Notes: generated by a model from the sequence alone, not told the origin. A stretch of 41,926 bases of DNA from Fidelibacterota bacterium (GCA_046735395.1 JBJKQR010000043.1:1-41926); one strand, 5' to 3'. Positions 8,489 through 18,895 are shown, counted from the first letter of the stretch. Translations and numbers: made by a program.

Positions 8489-9484
8489 ATGAAAACACGG
8501 ATCGCAGGTCATGGTTTCCATGTACCCGAGCAGGTGGTCAGCAATTTCGACCTTGAAAAGATGATGGATACGTCCAACGACTGGATCGTGGAGCGCAGCG
8601 GCATATCCGAGCGGCATTTCATCCGTCCGGGCGAAGCCGGAGCGTCGGATCTGGCGGCGGAGGCGGCGAAAAAAGCCATTGCCATGGCCGGGATTGACAA
8701 AAAAGATATTGATGCCATCATTGCCGCCACACTCAGCCCCGACTACTTCATTCCGGGAATCGGCGTCATGATTCAGCATAAGCTGGGACTTGAACAGATC
8801 GCAGCCTATGATATCCGCCAGCAGTGCAGCGGCTTCGTTTACGGGCTGGACATGGCCGACGCGCTCATAAAGAGCGGTAAATACAAAACCGTTCTGCTCT
8901 GCGGCAGCGAGGTGCAGTCAACCGGCCTGAATCTCACAACCGAAGGCCGGGACACGGCGGTACTCTTCGGAGACGGGGCCGGAGCCTTTCTGCTGACAGC
9001 GGAAGACGACGGTGAGTCGGATATTGTGGACAGCATCCTGCATTCCGACGGTGAATTCATGGACCTGCTCTGGATAGAAAGTCCATCCTCCCGGGTTCAG
9101 GGCCGTGTGTCTCAGGCTGACATTGACGCGGGTAAAGTCTACCCTGCCATGAATGGCAAAGCCGTATTTAAAAATGCGGTCACGAAAATGCCGGCCGTCA
9201 TCCGTGAAGTCCTGGACCGCAGCGGCCTCAGCCTGGATGACGTCAGTCTCGTTATTCCCCATCAGGCAAATCAGCGGATTACGGAAATGGTGGGGCGGCA
9301 GCTGGGACTCGATTCAGAACGTATCGTTTCAAATATTGCGAGATATGGAAATACAACCGCAGCAACCATTCCCATCGCTTTCTGTGAAGCGTATTCAGAA
9401 GGCCGCATTCATCGCGGCGACATTATCGTCACGGTGGCCTTCGGATCCGGATTTACCTGGGGAGCGAATATCATCCGTTATTGA
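8489..9484 (+). CDS. fabH: 3-oxoacyl-ACP synthase III
   Basis: DTSNDWIVERSGI, QQCSGF (Cys), LFGDGAGA, PHQAN (His), YGNT (Asn), FGSGFTWG. Confidence 0.93.
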   Translation: MKTRIAGHGFHVPEQVVSNFDLEKMMDTSNDWIVERSGISERHFIRPGEAGASDLAAEAAKKAIAMAGIDKKDIDAIIAATLSPDYFIPGIGVMIQHKLGLEQIAAYDIRQQCSGFVYGLDMADALIKSGKYKTVLLCGSEVQSTGLNLTTEGRDTAVLFGDGAGAFLLTAEDDGESDIVDSILHSDGEFMDLLWIESPSSRVQGRVSQADIDAGKVYPAMNGKAVFKNAVTKMPAVIREVLDRSGLSLDDVSLVIPHQANQRITEMVGRQLGLDSERIVSNIARYGNTTAATIPIAFCEAYSEGRIHRGDIIVTVAFGSGFTWGANIIRY

Positions 9485-9498
9485 CAAGGCAGGAACAC

Positions 9499-11787
9499 AT
9501 GAATTTTAAAGGTAAAAAACCCGGCACTCTGAATGCTTTTCTGTTCTGGGCCATGCTCATCGCTTTCGTTTTTCTGGCCACCCTGATGGTGCCGCGGGAC
9601 CGGAGCCAGCTTTACAATTACCAGGTGGGCGATCTCATCCGCCAGACTGTTATCGCTCCCTATGATTTCGATATCCTCAAACCGGCAGATCAGATCGATC
9701 AGGAAAAAGATCAGATTATCAAGGATACGCCCCAGGTATTCAATAACAATACGGACGTCATCAAGGATCAGCAGGGAGCCATCACCTTCTTCTTTCAGCT
9801 GGCCCGCAGCGTACAGCTGAAATACCGCCAGCTGCAGAGAACCCGCGACAGCCGCGAACTCTATCGTTACGTTCAGGACCGCTATCCCGCACTGGTCAAG
9901 GAGGCCCGCTCCGACAGTATTGCCTTCGAGGAAGCGGAAACCACTCTGAATACACAGATGGGCATCTCTGTACGGGACAATCCCTGGAAGGAAATTTATC
10001 TCAACTCAGACGATCAGGCTCTTGATCTGAATGATCTGGAAAAGAACATCAGCACTCTGACCCAGTCTGTCTACCAGAACGGAATCAGCGATATTCCCAA
10101 ACAGGAAATCCTCAGCACGCGCATCAGTATTTCCCGGGACGGAGAGGAAAGTATTGTTTCACAAAGTACCATCTACGATGTGGCGGAGGCAAGCAATACG
10201 CTGATCAAGCAGATCACGGCCCTGTATCCCGACCTCAGCCTGGGAAAACGCCAGCTCATATCGCAGCTCGTCCCCCGGTTCATCAAACCGAATCTCATCT
10301 TTGACCGGGAACGGACGACCACCCGCCGCAATGACGGAATCAACCGCATCCCCATTGTTCAGGGAAAGGTGCTGAAGGATGAAAAGATCGTGGATGCCAA
10401 TACGCGCATCACAGCGGATATCTATCAGAAACTCACCTCCCTCAATACGGAAACCAGCCTGCGCTATGCTCAGAGTTTCGGCTGGCGCTTTCTCATCAAA
10501 TTTGCCGGCGATTATCTGATCATGTCCATCCTCGTATCCATTCTCATGATCTTTCTCTACATATACGACAAAAAGCTTCTGCGTGACCTGAAGCGCATGT
10601 CTCTCCTGCTGCTGGTCATGCTGCTAATTCTGGGCATCGCCTTCATTCTGGTGGGCATGTCCAAATTTCCGCCCGTCACCGTGCCCATCGTGGTCGCGGC
10701 CCTGCTCATCACCATTTTCTTCGGCTCTCAGATTGCCTTCATCTCCTCTCTCATCATTCTCCTCATTCTCGCCTATATCCTCGGTAATCATTTCCAGTTC
10801 ATTCTCCTCCATAGTCTGCCGGTTGTCACCGGCATCATGATCTTCCGGAAACTCAGGACGAGGGATCAGATTTTCATGGCCATGATCTGGGTTTTCGCCG
10901 CCTACTGCGTCACCATTGCAGCCATCGAACTGCCCAAATACACCGGCTATCACGAAATTCTCCAGATGCTGTATTATGCCCTGCTCAACACTATCGCCAG
11001 CATCCTCTCCACCTACAGCCTGGTCATCCTTTTTGAAAAAATTTACGATCTGACCACCGATATGACGCTTCTCGAGCTGTCGGATCTGAACCGGCCCGTA
11101 CTCAAGGAGCTGGCCATCAAGGCACCCGGCACCTATCATCACAGCGTCATGGTGGGAAATCTGGCGGAAGCCGCCGCCGAGGCCATCGGAGCGAACAGTC
11201 TTCTCGCCCGCGTCGGCGCCTATTACCACGACATCGGCAAAATATCCAAGGCCGAATACTTCATCGAGAACCAGAAATCCGGGGACAACAAGCTGAATCA
11301 GCTCAAACCTCACATGGCGGCGAAAGTCGTGCTGAATCATGTGAGGGAAGGCCTGGAGATGGCGGAAAAATATAACATTCCCAAGATTATCAGCGACTTC
11401 ATCCCCACCCATCACGGAACCACGACTGTCGCGTATTTTTACCGTATTGCCATGGATCAGGCGGAAAATCCCGCCTCGGTGGATGAAAGTGATTTCAGAT
11501 ATCACGGTCCCAGGCCCACCACAAAGGAGACCGGTATCCTCATGCTCGTCGAGGCCATGGAAGCCGCGGTCCGCTCCATCGACAAACCCACTCAGCAGGC
11601 CATTCAGCAGATGGTCACAAAACTCTTCAAGAACCGTCTGGCCGAAAACCAGCTGGATATCTGTCCCCTGACACTCGCCGAGCTGGATCAGATTCAGAAT
11701 GCCGTCATCCCCATCCTTTCGGGCATGTATCACGTGAGAATTGCCTATCCGGGCAGCAGAAAGGGCGAAATAAAAAGTGCCAAATAA
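9499..11787 (+). CDS. 7TM receptor with intracellular HD hydrolase (PgpH/YqfF-like, putative c-di-AMP phosphodiesterase)
   Basis: N-terminal TM, large extracytoplasmic domain, multi-TM block, APGTYHHS...YYHDIGK...HHGT...FRYHGPRP; ATG 9499 preferred over TTG 9481 because of the RBS. Confidence 0.88.
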   Translation: MNFKGKKPGTLNAFLFWAMLIAFVFLATLMVPRDRSQLYNYQVGDLIRQTVIAPYDFDILKPADQIDQEKDQIIKDTPQVFNNNTDVIKDQQGAITFFFQLARSVQLKYRQLQRTRDSRELYRYVQDRYPALVKEARSDSIAFEEAETTLNTQMGISVRDNPWKEIYLNSDDQALDLNDLEKNISTLTQSVYQNGISDIPKQEILSTRISISRDGEESIVSQSTIYDVAEASNTLIKQITALYPDLSLGKRQLISQLVPRFIKPNLIFDRERTTTRRNDGINRIPIVQGKVLKDEKIVDANTRITADIYQKLTSLNTETSLRYAQSFGWRFLIKFAGDYLIMSILVSILMIFLYIYDKKLLRDLKRMSLLLLVMLLILGIAFILVGMSKFPPVTVPIVVAALLITIFFGSQIAFISSLIILLILAYILGNHFQFILLHSLPVVTGIMIFRKLRTRDQIFMAMIWVFAAYCVTIAAIELPKYTGYHEILQMLYYALLNTIASILSTYSLVILFEKIYDLTTDMTLLELSDLNRPVLKELAIKAPGTYHHSVMVGNLAEAAAEAIGANSLLARVGAYYHDIGKISKAEYFIENQKSGDNKLNQLKPHMAAKVVLNHVREGLEMAEKYNIPKIISDFIPTHHGTTTVAYFYRIAMDQAENPASVDESDFRYHGPRPTTKETGILMLVEAMEAAVRSIDKPTQQAIQQMVTKLFKNRLAENQLDICPLTLAELDQIQNAVIPILSGMYHVRIAYPGSRKGEIKSAK

Positions 11788-12205
11788 GTTCAATATTTAC
11801 AATACCGAACCCCTGTCCTATCCGCTTCCACATGAACTTATCCGGCGTATTGCCCGAAAAATCATGAAGGACTATTCCGTCCCGGCCTACGAAATCAATC
11901 TGATCTGCATGGACCGGGATGAATTACGGGCCATGAAAAAAGAGTATTTCGGAATTGACCGCTTTACGGATGTCATTACCTTTCCACTTTCGGAAGGACG
12001 GGAATTTCTCGAGGGCGAGATCTACATCAGCCCGGAAGACATCCGCATCAATGCCCGGGAATTTCATACCGCAGAGCCGGAAGAGGCTGCGCGCATCCTC
12101 ATCCATGGCCTCCTTCATCTGCTCGGATATGATGACATTGAGGCTGAAGACAAAGAGGAAATGACAGAACTTGAAAATAAATATCTGGGCCTTTTCCCCC
12201 AATGA
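11777..12205 (+). CDS. ybeY: rRNA maturation endoribonuclease YbeY
   Basis: TDVITF, GEIYIS, IHGLLHLLGYD; the third metal-binding His appears as D (GYDD). Confidence 0.9.
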   Translation: MPNKFNIYNTEPLSYPLPHELIRRIARKIMKDYSVPAYEINLICMDRDELRAMKKEYFGIDRFTDVITFPLSEGREFLEGEIYISPEDIRINAREFHTAEPEEAARILIHGLLHLLGYDDIEAEDKEEMTELENKYLGLFPQ

Positions 12206-13473
12206 TGGATGCCCTTGTTCTTAAAATTCTGCTGTTTATTCTGCTGATACTCCTTTCGGCATTTTTCAGCAGCAGTGAAACAGCCTTTTTCTCGCTGAAC
12301 CGCCGTGATATCGAAAACAGAAAGAAGGACGAATCCGCTCCAGCGCTGCGGGTCCTGCGCCTCCTGGCCTTCCCGCGTCGGCTCCTGATCACCATTGTTA
12401 CCGGAAACACTTTCGTCAATATCAGCCTGGGTGTCCTGTCGGCCTCCATCGCCCATGACGCCGCGCAGGCTTTCAACCTTTCCGAACTTGCCGTCCTCTT
12501 TATTGAAGTCATCGCCGTCACGTTCACGGTGCTCATTTTCGGAGAAATTCTTCCCAAGGTTCTGGCCATCCGCAAGCCTGAATCCTATTCTCTGAGTATC
12601 AGCCGAATCATTTCTCTGGTATCCGTTCTTCTTCGGCCCCTCACCGAAATCTTTTATCACATCACCGAATTATCCGCCCGCTTCCTGATGATCGAAAAGG
12701 AGCAGCTCTTTTCCTCGGAGGAGGATTTTTATACGCTGGTGGAACTGGGCGAACAGGAAGGAGCCATCCGGAAAAAGGAAAAGGACATGATAAAATCCCT
12801 GGTCCGCTTTTCCGATACAGCCGTCAGGGAGGTCATGATCCCGCGACCCGATATGACCGCCATTGACGTCAATATTTCCCGGGAGGGGCTTCTCACCTTT
12901 ATCCGGACCCATAAATACTCCCGCTATCCTGCTTTTGACAGCGATATGGATACCATCGTCGGCTTTATTTTTGAAAAGGATATTCTCCGTTACATGGATT
13001 CGGATGAAGACCATTTCCCGGATATTCACAGCCTGATCCGGCCGGTTCTCTATGTTCCGGAAAATAAGAGCATCAACCTGGTTCTGAAGGAATTTCAGCA
13101 GAAAAAGACAAAAATCGCCATCGCGGTCGATGAATATGGCGGCACCAGCGGCCTGATCACGCTGGAGGATGTGCTGGAGGAAATTCTGGGTGAAATTCAG
13201 GATGAAAAGGATCAGGAAGGTCCGCCCGTGAGCTGGATGTCCTCGACGGAACTCGTGGCGGATGCCTCCATGAATATCGACGACTTCGGAGAAATGATAT
13301 CCCTGGCCTTTCCGGAAGAACGGAATTACGACACGCTGGGCGGCTTTTTCATGGAAACCCTGGGACAGATCCCCAAACGCCATGACAGCTGCAGCTACAG
13401 CGGCTTCTCCTTCACCGTCGAATCCATGATGAAACGACGGATAAAGAAACTTCGCATAAAAAAACTCTCCTGA
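12202..13473 (+). CDS. Hemolysin/CNNM-CBS-CorC family membrane protein
   Basis: SAFFSSSETAFFSL, FGEILPK, VREVMIPR, AVDEYGGTSGLITLEDVLEEILGEI, YDTLGG. Confidence 0.92.
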   Translation: MMDALVLKILLFILLILLSAFFSSSETAFFSLNRRDIENRKKDESAPALRVLRLLAFPRRLLITIVTGNTFVNISLGVLSASIAHDAAQAFNLSELAVLFIEVIAVTFTVLIFGEILPKVLAIRKPESYSLSISRIISLVSVLLRPLTEIFYHITELSARFLMIEKEQLFSSEEDFYTLVELGEQEGAIRKKEKDMIKSLVRFSDTAVREVMIPRPDMTAIDVNISREGLLTFIRTHKYSRYPAFDSDMDTIVGFIFEKDILRYMDSDEDHFPDIHSLIRPVLYVPENKSINLVLKEFQQKKTKIAIAVDEYGGTSGLITLEDVLEEILGEIQDEKDQEGPPVSWMSSTELVADASMNIDDFGEMISLAFPEERNYDTLGGFFMETLGQIPKRHDSCSYSGFSFTVESMMKRRIKKLRIKKLS

Positions 13474-13564
13474 CAGGCGGCCCCCGGGCCGGCGTAAAAA
13501 ACCAGAAAGAATTCAGGATGGAAAAAGCTGATTCTCCCTGTCGTTAATTGAGACCTGTAATTTA

Positions 13565-13593
13565 TTGTTTGATTGAGATAAATTTTGTATCTT
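13565..13593 (+). promoter_or_regulatory. Sigma70-like promoter for the mazG-rrf2-nudix operon, probably leaderless
   Basis: TTGTTT (13565-13570), 17 nt spacer, TATCTT (13588-13593), 7 nt to ATG 13601; no SD sequence. Confidence 0.5.
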
Positions 13594-13600
13594 TTTGCCC

Positions 13601-14359
13601 ATGAAAGAATTTGACCGATTACTGAGTATTGTCCGGAGACTGAGAGCGGATGACGGTTGCCCCTGGGACCGGGAACAGACTAAGGAAAGCCTCCTTCCCT
13701 ATCTGATCGAGGAAGTCTATGAATTCATTGATACGGTGGACCGCGGCCAGACAGAGGAAAGCAGGAAGGAACTGGGAGACCTGTTTCTCCACCTGGTTTT
13801 TCAGGCTGTCCTCGCGGAGGAGGAAGGATCCTTCACCGCCGGCGATGCGCTGGACAGCATCAGCGAAAAGCTGGTACAGCGCCACCCTCATGTCTTCGGA
13901 GACGCACCCATTCATGAACCGGAGGAAATGAACCGGCGCTGGGAGCAGCAGAAATTTCGGGAAGGCCGGCGTAAAGTACTGGATGGGATTCCCGACAAGC
14001 TGCCGGCGCTCCATAAGAGCTATCGGATACAGGAAAAGGCTGCAGCTGTCGGATTTGACTGGCAGTCCGCAGACGGCGTGGACGCGAAGATCCGGGAAGA
14101 GCTCGGTGAGCTGGAGGAAGCCAGACAAAACGGAGACCGGGAGGCTATGGTGGATGAAATGGGCGATCTCCTCTTCTCCATTGTCAATCTCTGCCGCTGG
14201 CTGCATATCAATCCGGATGAAGCCCTGAGAAAGGCCAATAATAAATTTTCCGAACGCTTCGGAAAAGTGGAACATCACATACACAGCCAGAATCGGAACT
14301 TTGAGGATTATTCACTCGATGAACTCGAAGACATTTGGCAGCAGATCAAAAAGCACTGA
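13601..14359 (+). CDS. mazG: Nucleoside triphosphate pyrophosphohydrolase MazG
   Basis: GCPWDREQT, EEVYE, ELGDL, RHPHVFG, AAAVGFDW, EMGDLLF; tandem MazG domains. Confidence 0.94.
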   Translation: MKEFDRLLSIVRRLRADDGCPWDREQTKESLLPYLIEEVYEFIDTVDRGQTEESRKELGDLFLHLVFQAVLAEEEGSFTAGDALDSISEKLVQRHPHVFGDAPIHEPEEMNRRWEQQKFREGRRKVLDGIPDKLPALHKSYRIQEKAAAVGFDWQSADGVDAKIREELGELEEARQNGDREAMVDEMGDLLFSIVNLCRWLHINPDEALRKANNKFSERFGKVEHHIHSQNRNFEDYSLDELEDIWQQIKKH

Positions 14360-14373
14360 AAGCAGAGGGGATT

Positions 14374-14838
14374 ATGTTTTACGTTACGAAAAAAGGAAGT
14401 TACAGTATCCGGGCCATGCTGCAGCTGGCCACCAATCTGAAGGAAAAGGGCCGGACACATATCGGAGAAGTCGCGGAGCAGACACATATTCCCGAACCCT
14501 TTCTGAGGAAAATATTCGCCCATCTGGCCAAGGCCGGCATCGTCAAGTCTCAGCGCGGACTCACCGGTGGAATCCGTCTGCTCAGGGACAGCGCGAAGAT
14601 CAGTATTCTGGATATTGTGGAAGCAGTGGAAGGACAGCTGGGCATTTACAAGTGTCTGGTCAACCCGGACATCTGCAGAAAAAGCGGCAGCTGCAACACT
14701 CAGATCATGTGGCGCGGCATTCAGGAATCGCTGAAAAATACATTACAGACCATCACGCTTGATTCCCTCTATGACGAGGAAGATATCATGGGCTGCATTT
14801 TCCCCAACCTGGGAATCAAAAAGAACGACAGTCTCTGA
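14374..14838 (+). CDS. Rrf2-family transcriptional regulator with three Cys (putative Fe-S)
   Basis: YSIRAMLQLA, FLRKIFAHL, VKSQRGLTGG, ISILDIVEAVEG, C-x6-C-x5-C; RBS GAGGGG. Confidence 0.9.
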   Translation: MFYVTKKGSYSIRAMLQLATNLKEKGRTHIGEVAEQTHIPEPFLRKIFAHLAKAGIVKSQRGLTGGIRLLRDSAKISILDIVEAVEGQLGIYKCLVNPDICRKSGSCNTQIMWRGIQESLKNTLQTITLDSLYDEEDIMGCIFPNLGIKKNDSL

Positions 14839-14858
14839 AAAGGGAACCTTCTCCGGCC

Positions 14859-15509
14859 ATGGAATTGACAATCCGGCACATTGAAAATACGCTGTTATCG
14901 AGCCGCAGGGACGGCCTGCCCGGACTGACCGCGCAGAAACATATGATGCCCCAGTTCCGGCACCCGGTCAATCCTTCGGTCAAGCTGGTTCCCGCTGCTG
15001 TATTCATCTGTCTCTTCGATGGAATAAACGGGCCGGAATTTCCCCTGATCCGACGCAGCCGGCATGAACTGGATCGTCACAGCGATCAGATTTCTCTCCC
15101 CGGCGGCAAAGTGGATCCCGGCGAAAGTACGGACGCAGCGGCATTGAGAGAATTTCGCGAAGAGCTGGGAATTCCTGAGGATTCACTGACCATTCTGGGC
15201 GCGCTCAGTCCGCTGCCCATACCTGTCAGCGGATTTCTCGTCCACCCCTTCGTGGGCACCTGCAGTACAGAGCCCGATTATCACATCAATCCCGACGAAG
15301 TTGCCCGCGTCTTCAATGTTCCTGTCCACCAGCTTCTGTCGCCCCAATACAGAAAAGAAACCACCTACAAAAACCGGAACGTCCCCTATTTTGCCCTGGA
15401 TAACGAAATGGTCTGGGGCGCCACAGCCATGATTCTCAGCGAATTTGCAGAAATTCTGTCCCCCGAATTCACAAGCGCACAGACGCAGATTTCGTCCGTT
15501 CAGGAATAA
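14859..15509 (+). CDS. Nudix hydrolase, CoA pyrophosphatase (NudL-like)
   Basis: HSDQISLPGGK, AALREFREELG Nudix box, NPDEVARVF, VWGATAMIL. Confidence 0.9.
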   Translation: MELTIRHIENTLLSSRRDGLPGLTAQKHMMPQFRHPVNPSVKLVPAAVFICLFDGINGPEFPLIRRSRHELDRHSDQISLPGGKVDPGESTDAAALREFREELGIPEDSLTILGALSPLPIPVSGFLVHPFVGTCSTEPDYHINPDEVARVFNVPVHQLLSPQYRKETTYKNRNVPYFALDNEMVWGATAMILSEFAEILSPEFTSAQTQISSVQE

Positions 15510-15554
15510 ACAGAACTTAAAAACAGTCCCGGACTGACAAAAATATATCAGAAA

Positions 15555-16412
15555 TTAAAGAATGTCCAGACCGATATCGGCGGCGACGGCAGAGTGGGTG
15601 AGCGCACCGATACTCACACCGTTGATGCCCGTGTCGATGTAATTTTCAATCGTCTTCAGGGTGATACCGCCTGAAGCTTCGATATAAATCTTCTTTCCGT
15701 TCGAATGATTTCGGATGAGCTCAACGGCTTCCTTTACCGTTTCTCCATTCATATTGTCGAGGAGAATCGCGTCGATCCCGGCTTCAAGTCCTTCCTGAAG
15801 CTGTTTCAGATTATCCACTTCCAGTTCCAGAATCATATCGGGGTAGGTTTTCCGGCAGGCTTTGACCGCCTTTTTTACACTTCCGGCTGCAGCAATGTGG
15901 TTATCCTTGATCATTATCCCGGAAGACAGATCCAGCCGATGAGAACGGCCGCCACCGCAGTGAACGGCATATTTTTCGAAGAGCCGGAGGCCGGGTGTCG
16001 TCTTTCGTGTATCCAGTATTTCAATTTTTCCCTTGCCGGCCGTACAGTATTCCCGCGTCAGGGTTGCGATTCCGGACAGGTGCTGAAGCAGGTTGAGAAC
16101 GACCCGTTCCTTCCGCAGAATATCCGCCGCATTCCCGGTAACCTCAGCGATGGCCGCGCCGGCCAGCAGCCCTTCCCCGTCGCGGGTGAAGATGCGGCAG
16201 CCCTGTTCGCGGAATGCGAGACGAATAATATCCACACCACAGACAACCAGGCGCTCCCGGGTACGGAAAATGGTCCTGATATCACGCCGGCTGGCCAGTT
16301 CGAGACTGTCAGTGGTCACATCGCCTTTCGGCATATCTTCGGCAAACCATGATTCGAGCTTTTCAAGAATCAGCTTGTCCGGAACGGCGTCAATTTTTTT
16401 ATACCAGCGCAT
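15555..16412 (-). CDS. nadC: Nicotinate-nucleotide pyrophosphorylase (quinolinate phosphoribosyltransferase)
   Basis: GDVTT, ERVVLNLL, DTRKTTPGLR, MIKDNHI, ILLDNM, EASGGI, GALTHS. Confidence 0.96.
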   Translation of the reverse strand: MRWYKKIDAVPDKLILEKLESWFAEDMPKGDVTTDSLELASRRDIRTIFRTRERLVVCGVDIIRLAFREQGCRIFTRDGEGLLAGAAIAEVTGNAADILRKERVVLNLLQHLSGIATLTREYCTAGKGKIEILDTRKTTPGLRLFEKYAVHCGGGRSHRLDLSSGIMIKDNHIAAAGSVKKAVKACRKTYPDMILELEVDNLKQLQEGLEAGIDAILLDNMNGETVKEAVELIRNHSNGKKIYIEASGGITLKTIENYIDTGINGVSIGALTHSAVAADIGLDIL

Positions 16413-17356
16413 CAGTGCAGATCCAGCATACGGTTCAGCGCCTTCAAGGAACGAAGCCGTATATCTTCATCCATTTCAATGGCCGGTGTGAGGGTTTCCA
16501 GTGCCCGTATCATTTTATCCAGCGTGTTTTTTTTCATATGGGGACATTCGTTGCAGGCGCAGCCATCCAGATTCGGGACCGTCAGGAACTCCTTCCCGGG
16601 CATTTCCTTGCGCATACTGTACAGAATTCCGGTCTCCGTCACGACGATGAAGGTATCGGCATCACTGTCATGGGCAAATTTCTTAATCCCGTTCGTCGAC
16701 CCCACATAATCCGCCCGGGATGCAATCGCCTCGGGACATTCGGGATGAACCAGAACGGGAGCGTCCGGATTTTCAGCCATCAGTTTTTCCAGGGCTTCCA
16801 CACTGAAGGTCTCGTGAACCATGCAGGCTCCGTCCCAGAGCAGCATGTCACGGCCGCTTTCCCGGATGGCGTAGGATCCCAGATATTTATCCGGTGCAAA
16901 ACATATTTTCTTATCCGCGGGCACGCTGCGCACCACATCCAGAACATTGGACGAGGTGCAGATAATATCGGACATGGCCTTCACATCCGCAGAGGAATTG
17001 ATATAACTGATGACCACATGATCCGGATGTTCATCCACCCATTTCCGAAATTTCACCGGATCGGCGGATTCACTGAGTGAACAGCCCGCATTTAGATCCG
17101 GGATCAGCACCACTTTATCCGGATTCAGGATTTTGGCGGTTTCGGCCATGAAATGCACGCCACAGAAGAGAATCACATCCGCGTCCGTCTTTTTAGCAGC
17201 CTGGGCCAGCATGAGTGAATCACCCAGCACATCGGCAATTTCCTGTATAATGTCATCCTGGTAAAAATGAGCCAGGACGACCGCATTTCGTTCCTGTTTC
17301 AGTTGGCGGAATCGCTCCAGCTTCGCCTGCTGCTCAGCGTCGGGTTTGAAATTCAT
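16412..17356 (-). CDS. nadA: Quinolinate synthase A
   Basis: LAHFYQ, FCGVHFMAETAKILNP, AGCSL, CTSSN, CMVHE, HPEC, CNECPHMKKNTL. Confidence 0.96.
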   Translation of the reverse strand: MNFKPDAEQQAKLERFRQLKQERNAVVLAHFYQDDIIQEIADVLGDSLMLAQAAKKTDADVILFCGVHFMAETAKILNPDKVVLIPDLNAGCSLSESADPVKFRKWVDEHPDHVVISYINSSADVKAMSDIICTSSNVLDVVRSVPADKKICFAPDKYLGSYAIRESGRDMLLWDGACMVHETFSVEALEKLMAENPDAPVLVHPECPEAIASRADYVGSTNGIKKFAHDSDADTFIVVTETGILYSMRKEMPGKEFLTVPNLDGCACNECPHMKKNTLDKMIRALETLTPAIEMDEDIRLRSLKALNRMLDLH

Positions 17357-17476
17357 CGGGGTTGTCCTTTGGGGTTCTTCATGAAAAGTGGCTAAGTTTA
17401 GAACATTCCTGACCGAATCTCAAGTTAAAAGCAGAGCATGCAGCCTTCCCGACACCCAAACTGTGACGAAGCTCTC

Positions 17477-18133
17477 TCAGGCCGATTCTTTTTGAGACTG
17501 AAGGTCCCGGCCAATGCTGCAGATATAGCTGAACACCACAAGAATCGCGGAGAATAACAGATCCAGTAAGACGATATTCATAATCATATCCGGATCAGAC
17601 AGCCCGGGAAATATCCCGAATATTCCCAATTCCATGATCAGCAGCCAGGCAAAGGCGGTCAGACTTAGTGCGAATGGCCATAATTTTGACAATCCGGAGA
17701 TCATCCTGTCGGGTAAAATCCGTTTCCACCAGCTCAGGCCGGTACGGATCCGGGTCGAAAAAGCCCAGGCCGGCAGAAAGATCAGAATATGGGCCAGTCC
17801 TCCGCCCGACAGCGTCATCAGGACAATCAGAAGCAGAAATACAGAGGATGCATGCGGAATATGTATGAATTTCAGTGACCAGACCATCAGCGTCATGCCG
17901 ATGAGAATGACAAGAATTCCCGTGATCAGAAAATTGTGAACCAGTGTAAAGGCCAATTCGCCGCCATAGCTCCAGAATTGATGTTCAGCACCGATCGCAT
18001 TGATAAAGAAGGCATTCGTCGGTGTATTTCCCTGCAGCACTTCAAAGATTCCGTGATTCAGGATCCCGCTCAGCGCCAGCAGCACACCGATTACAGTAGT
18101 TGTTTGTTTCAACGCCTTATTGAAATAATCCAT
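17477..18133 (-). CDS. Hypothetical multi-pass membrane protein
   Basis: About 6 hydrophobic segments, HGIFEVLQGN motif; RBS GGAGAGAAGG. Confidence 0.7.
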   Translation of the reverse strand: MDYFNKALKQTTTVIGVLLALSGILNHGIFEVLQGNTPTNAFFINAIGAEHQFWSYGGELAFTLVHNFLITGILVILIGMTLMVWSLKFIHIPHASSVFLLLIVLMTLSGGGLAHILIFLPAWAFSTRIRTGLSWWKRILPDRMISGLSKLWPFALSLTAFAWLLIMELGIFGIFPGLSDPDMIMNIVLLDLLFSAILVVFSYICSIGRDLQSQKESA

Positions 18134-18162
18134 TCCTTCTCTCCTGCAGTTTTTTCAAGGGA

Positions 18163-18741
18163 CTAAAACTGGTATCCGAGAAAAATCCAGACGGAGGGAG
18201 CGATGGTGATGGGATTCACCTTTGAGTCTCCCAGCTGCGTCTCCTCGACAGGATTGAAAAAATAGCGGATGGGAATGGAGGGATTCACATAAAACCGCCG
18301 GTCCAGAACCGGCAGATTCCAGCGATATCCGAAACCGGATCCCATCGCCAGTGTACTGTTCGAGTAGCTGTCTCGGGAAACGGCATTCTCAAAATCAAAA
18401 TGAATGTAGCCCAGATTGGCCATCACATAGAAGCGCGGCGTCAGGAAATGGTCCAGATTAAGTTCATAGCCCCTCATGTATCCGGTCATGTGGGGCCCGT
18501 CCACAATTTTTGCCCAGGTATCATCCGAGAGATGGCGTTCCGTCAGTTTCACCTCCATCACCACTATACGCAGCTGATTTTTTTCATTCAGACGATACGC
18601 CGCGTCCCCGGCAAAATACCTGAACTTGTTGGCGCTCATTTCCAGGATTTCATAGGATGCGGACCATTTCGGAGCTGTCACCTGCGCCGAAGCCAGGCCC
18701 GTGGTAAGTACCAGTGCCATTACGATTAAAAACGTTTTCAT
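18163..18741 (-). CDS. Secreted, probable outer-membrane beta-barrel protein
   Basis: Signal peptide MKTFLIVMALVLTTGLASA; amphipathic strands; C-terminal LGYQF aromatic terminus; RBS AGGAG. Confidence 0.7.
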   Translation of the reverse strand: MKTFLIVMALVLTTGLASAQVTAPKWSASYEILEMSANKFRYFAGDAAYRLNEKNQLRIVVMEVKLTERHLSDDTWAKIVDGPHMTGYMRGYELNLDHFLTPRFYVMANLGYIHFDFENAVSRDSYSNSTLAMGSGFGYRWNLPVLDRRFYVNPSIPIRYFFNPVEETQLGDSKVNPITIAPSVWIFLGYQF

Positions 18742-18895
18742 CTTAAATTCTCCTTTCTCCTTTTTAGTCAGGATTCGGAACAAAAAAGTTGTCAAAAAAT
18801 TACTCAACCTCAAATTATCAGACGGAAACTGCCGGGGAATCGGGATCATATGAGCTGAATTGGAGAAGAATTAAGCAGGAAAACGGATTTATGGA

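Noticed and set aside
5696..11793. Long antisense ORFs (5696-6709, 6777-8012, 10624-11793)
   Set aside because: Shadow frames opposite well-supported genes or rnpB, with no recognisable motifs
15509..15555. Strand switch from + to - genes as a replication terminus
   Set aside because: No dif-like site recognised; ordinary convergent operons explain it
15555..17356. nadA-nadC without nadB
   Set aside because: nadB or an aspartate dehydrogenase is often encoded elsewhere; absence from one window is uninformative
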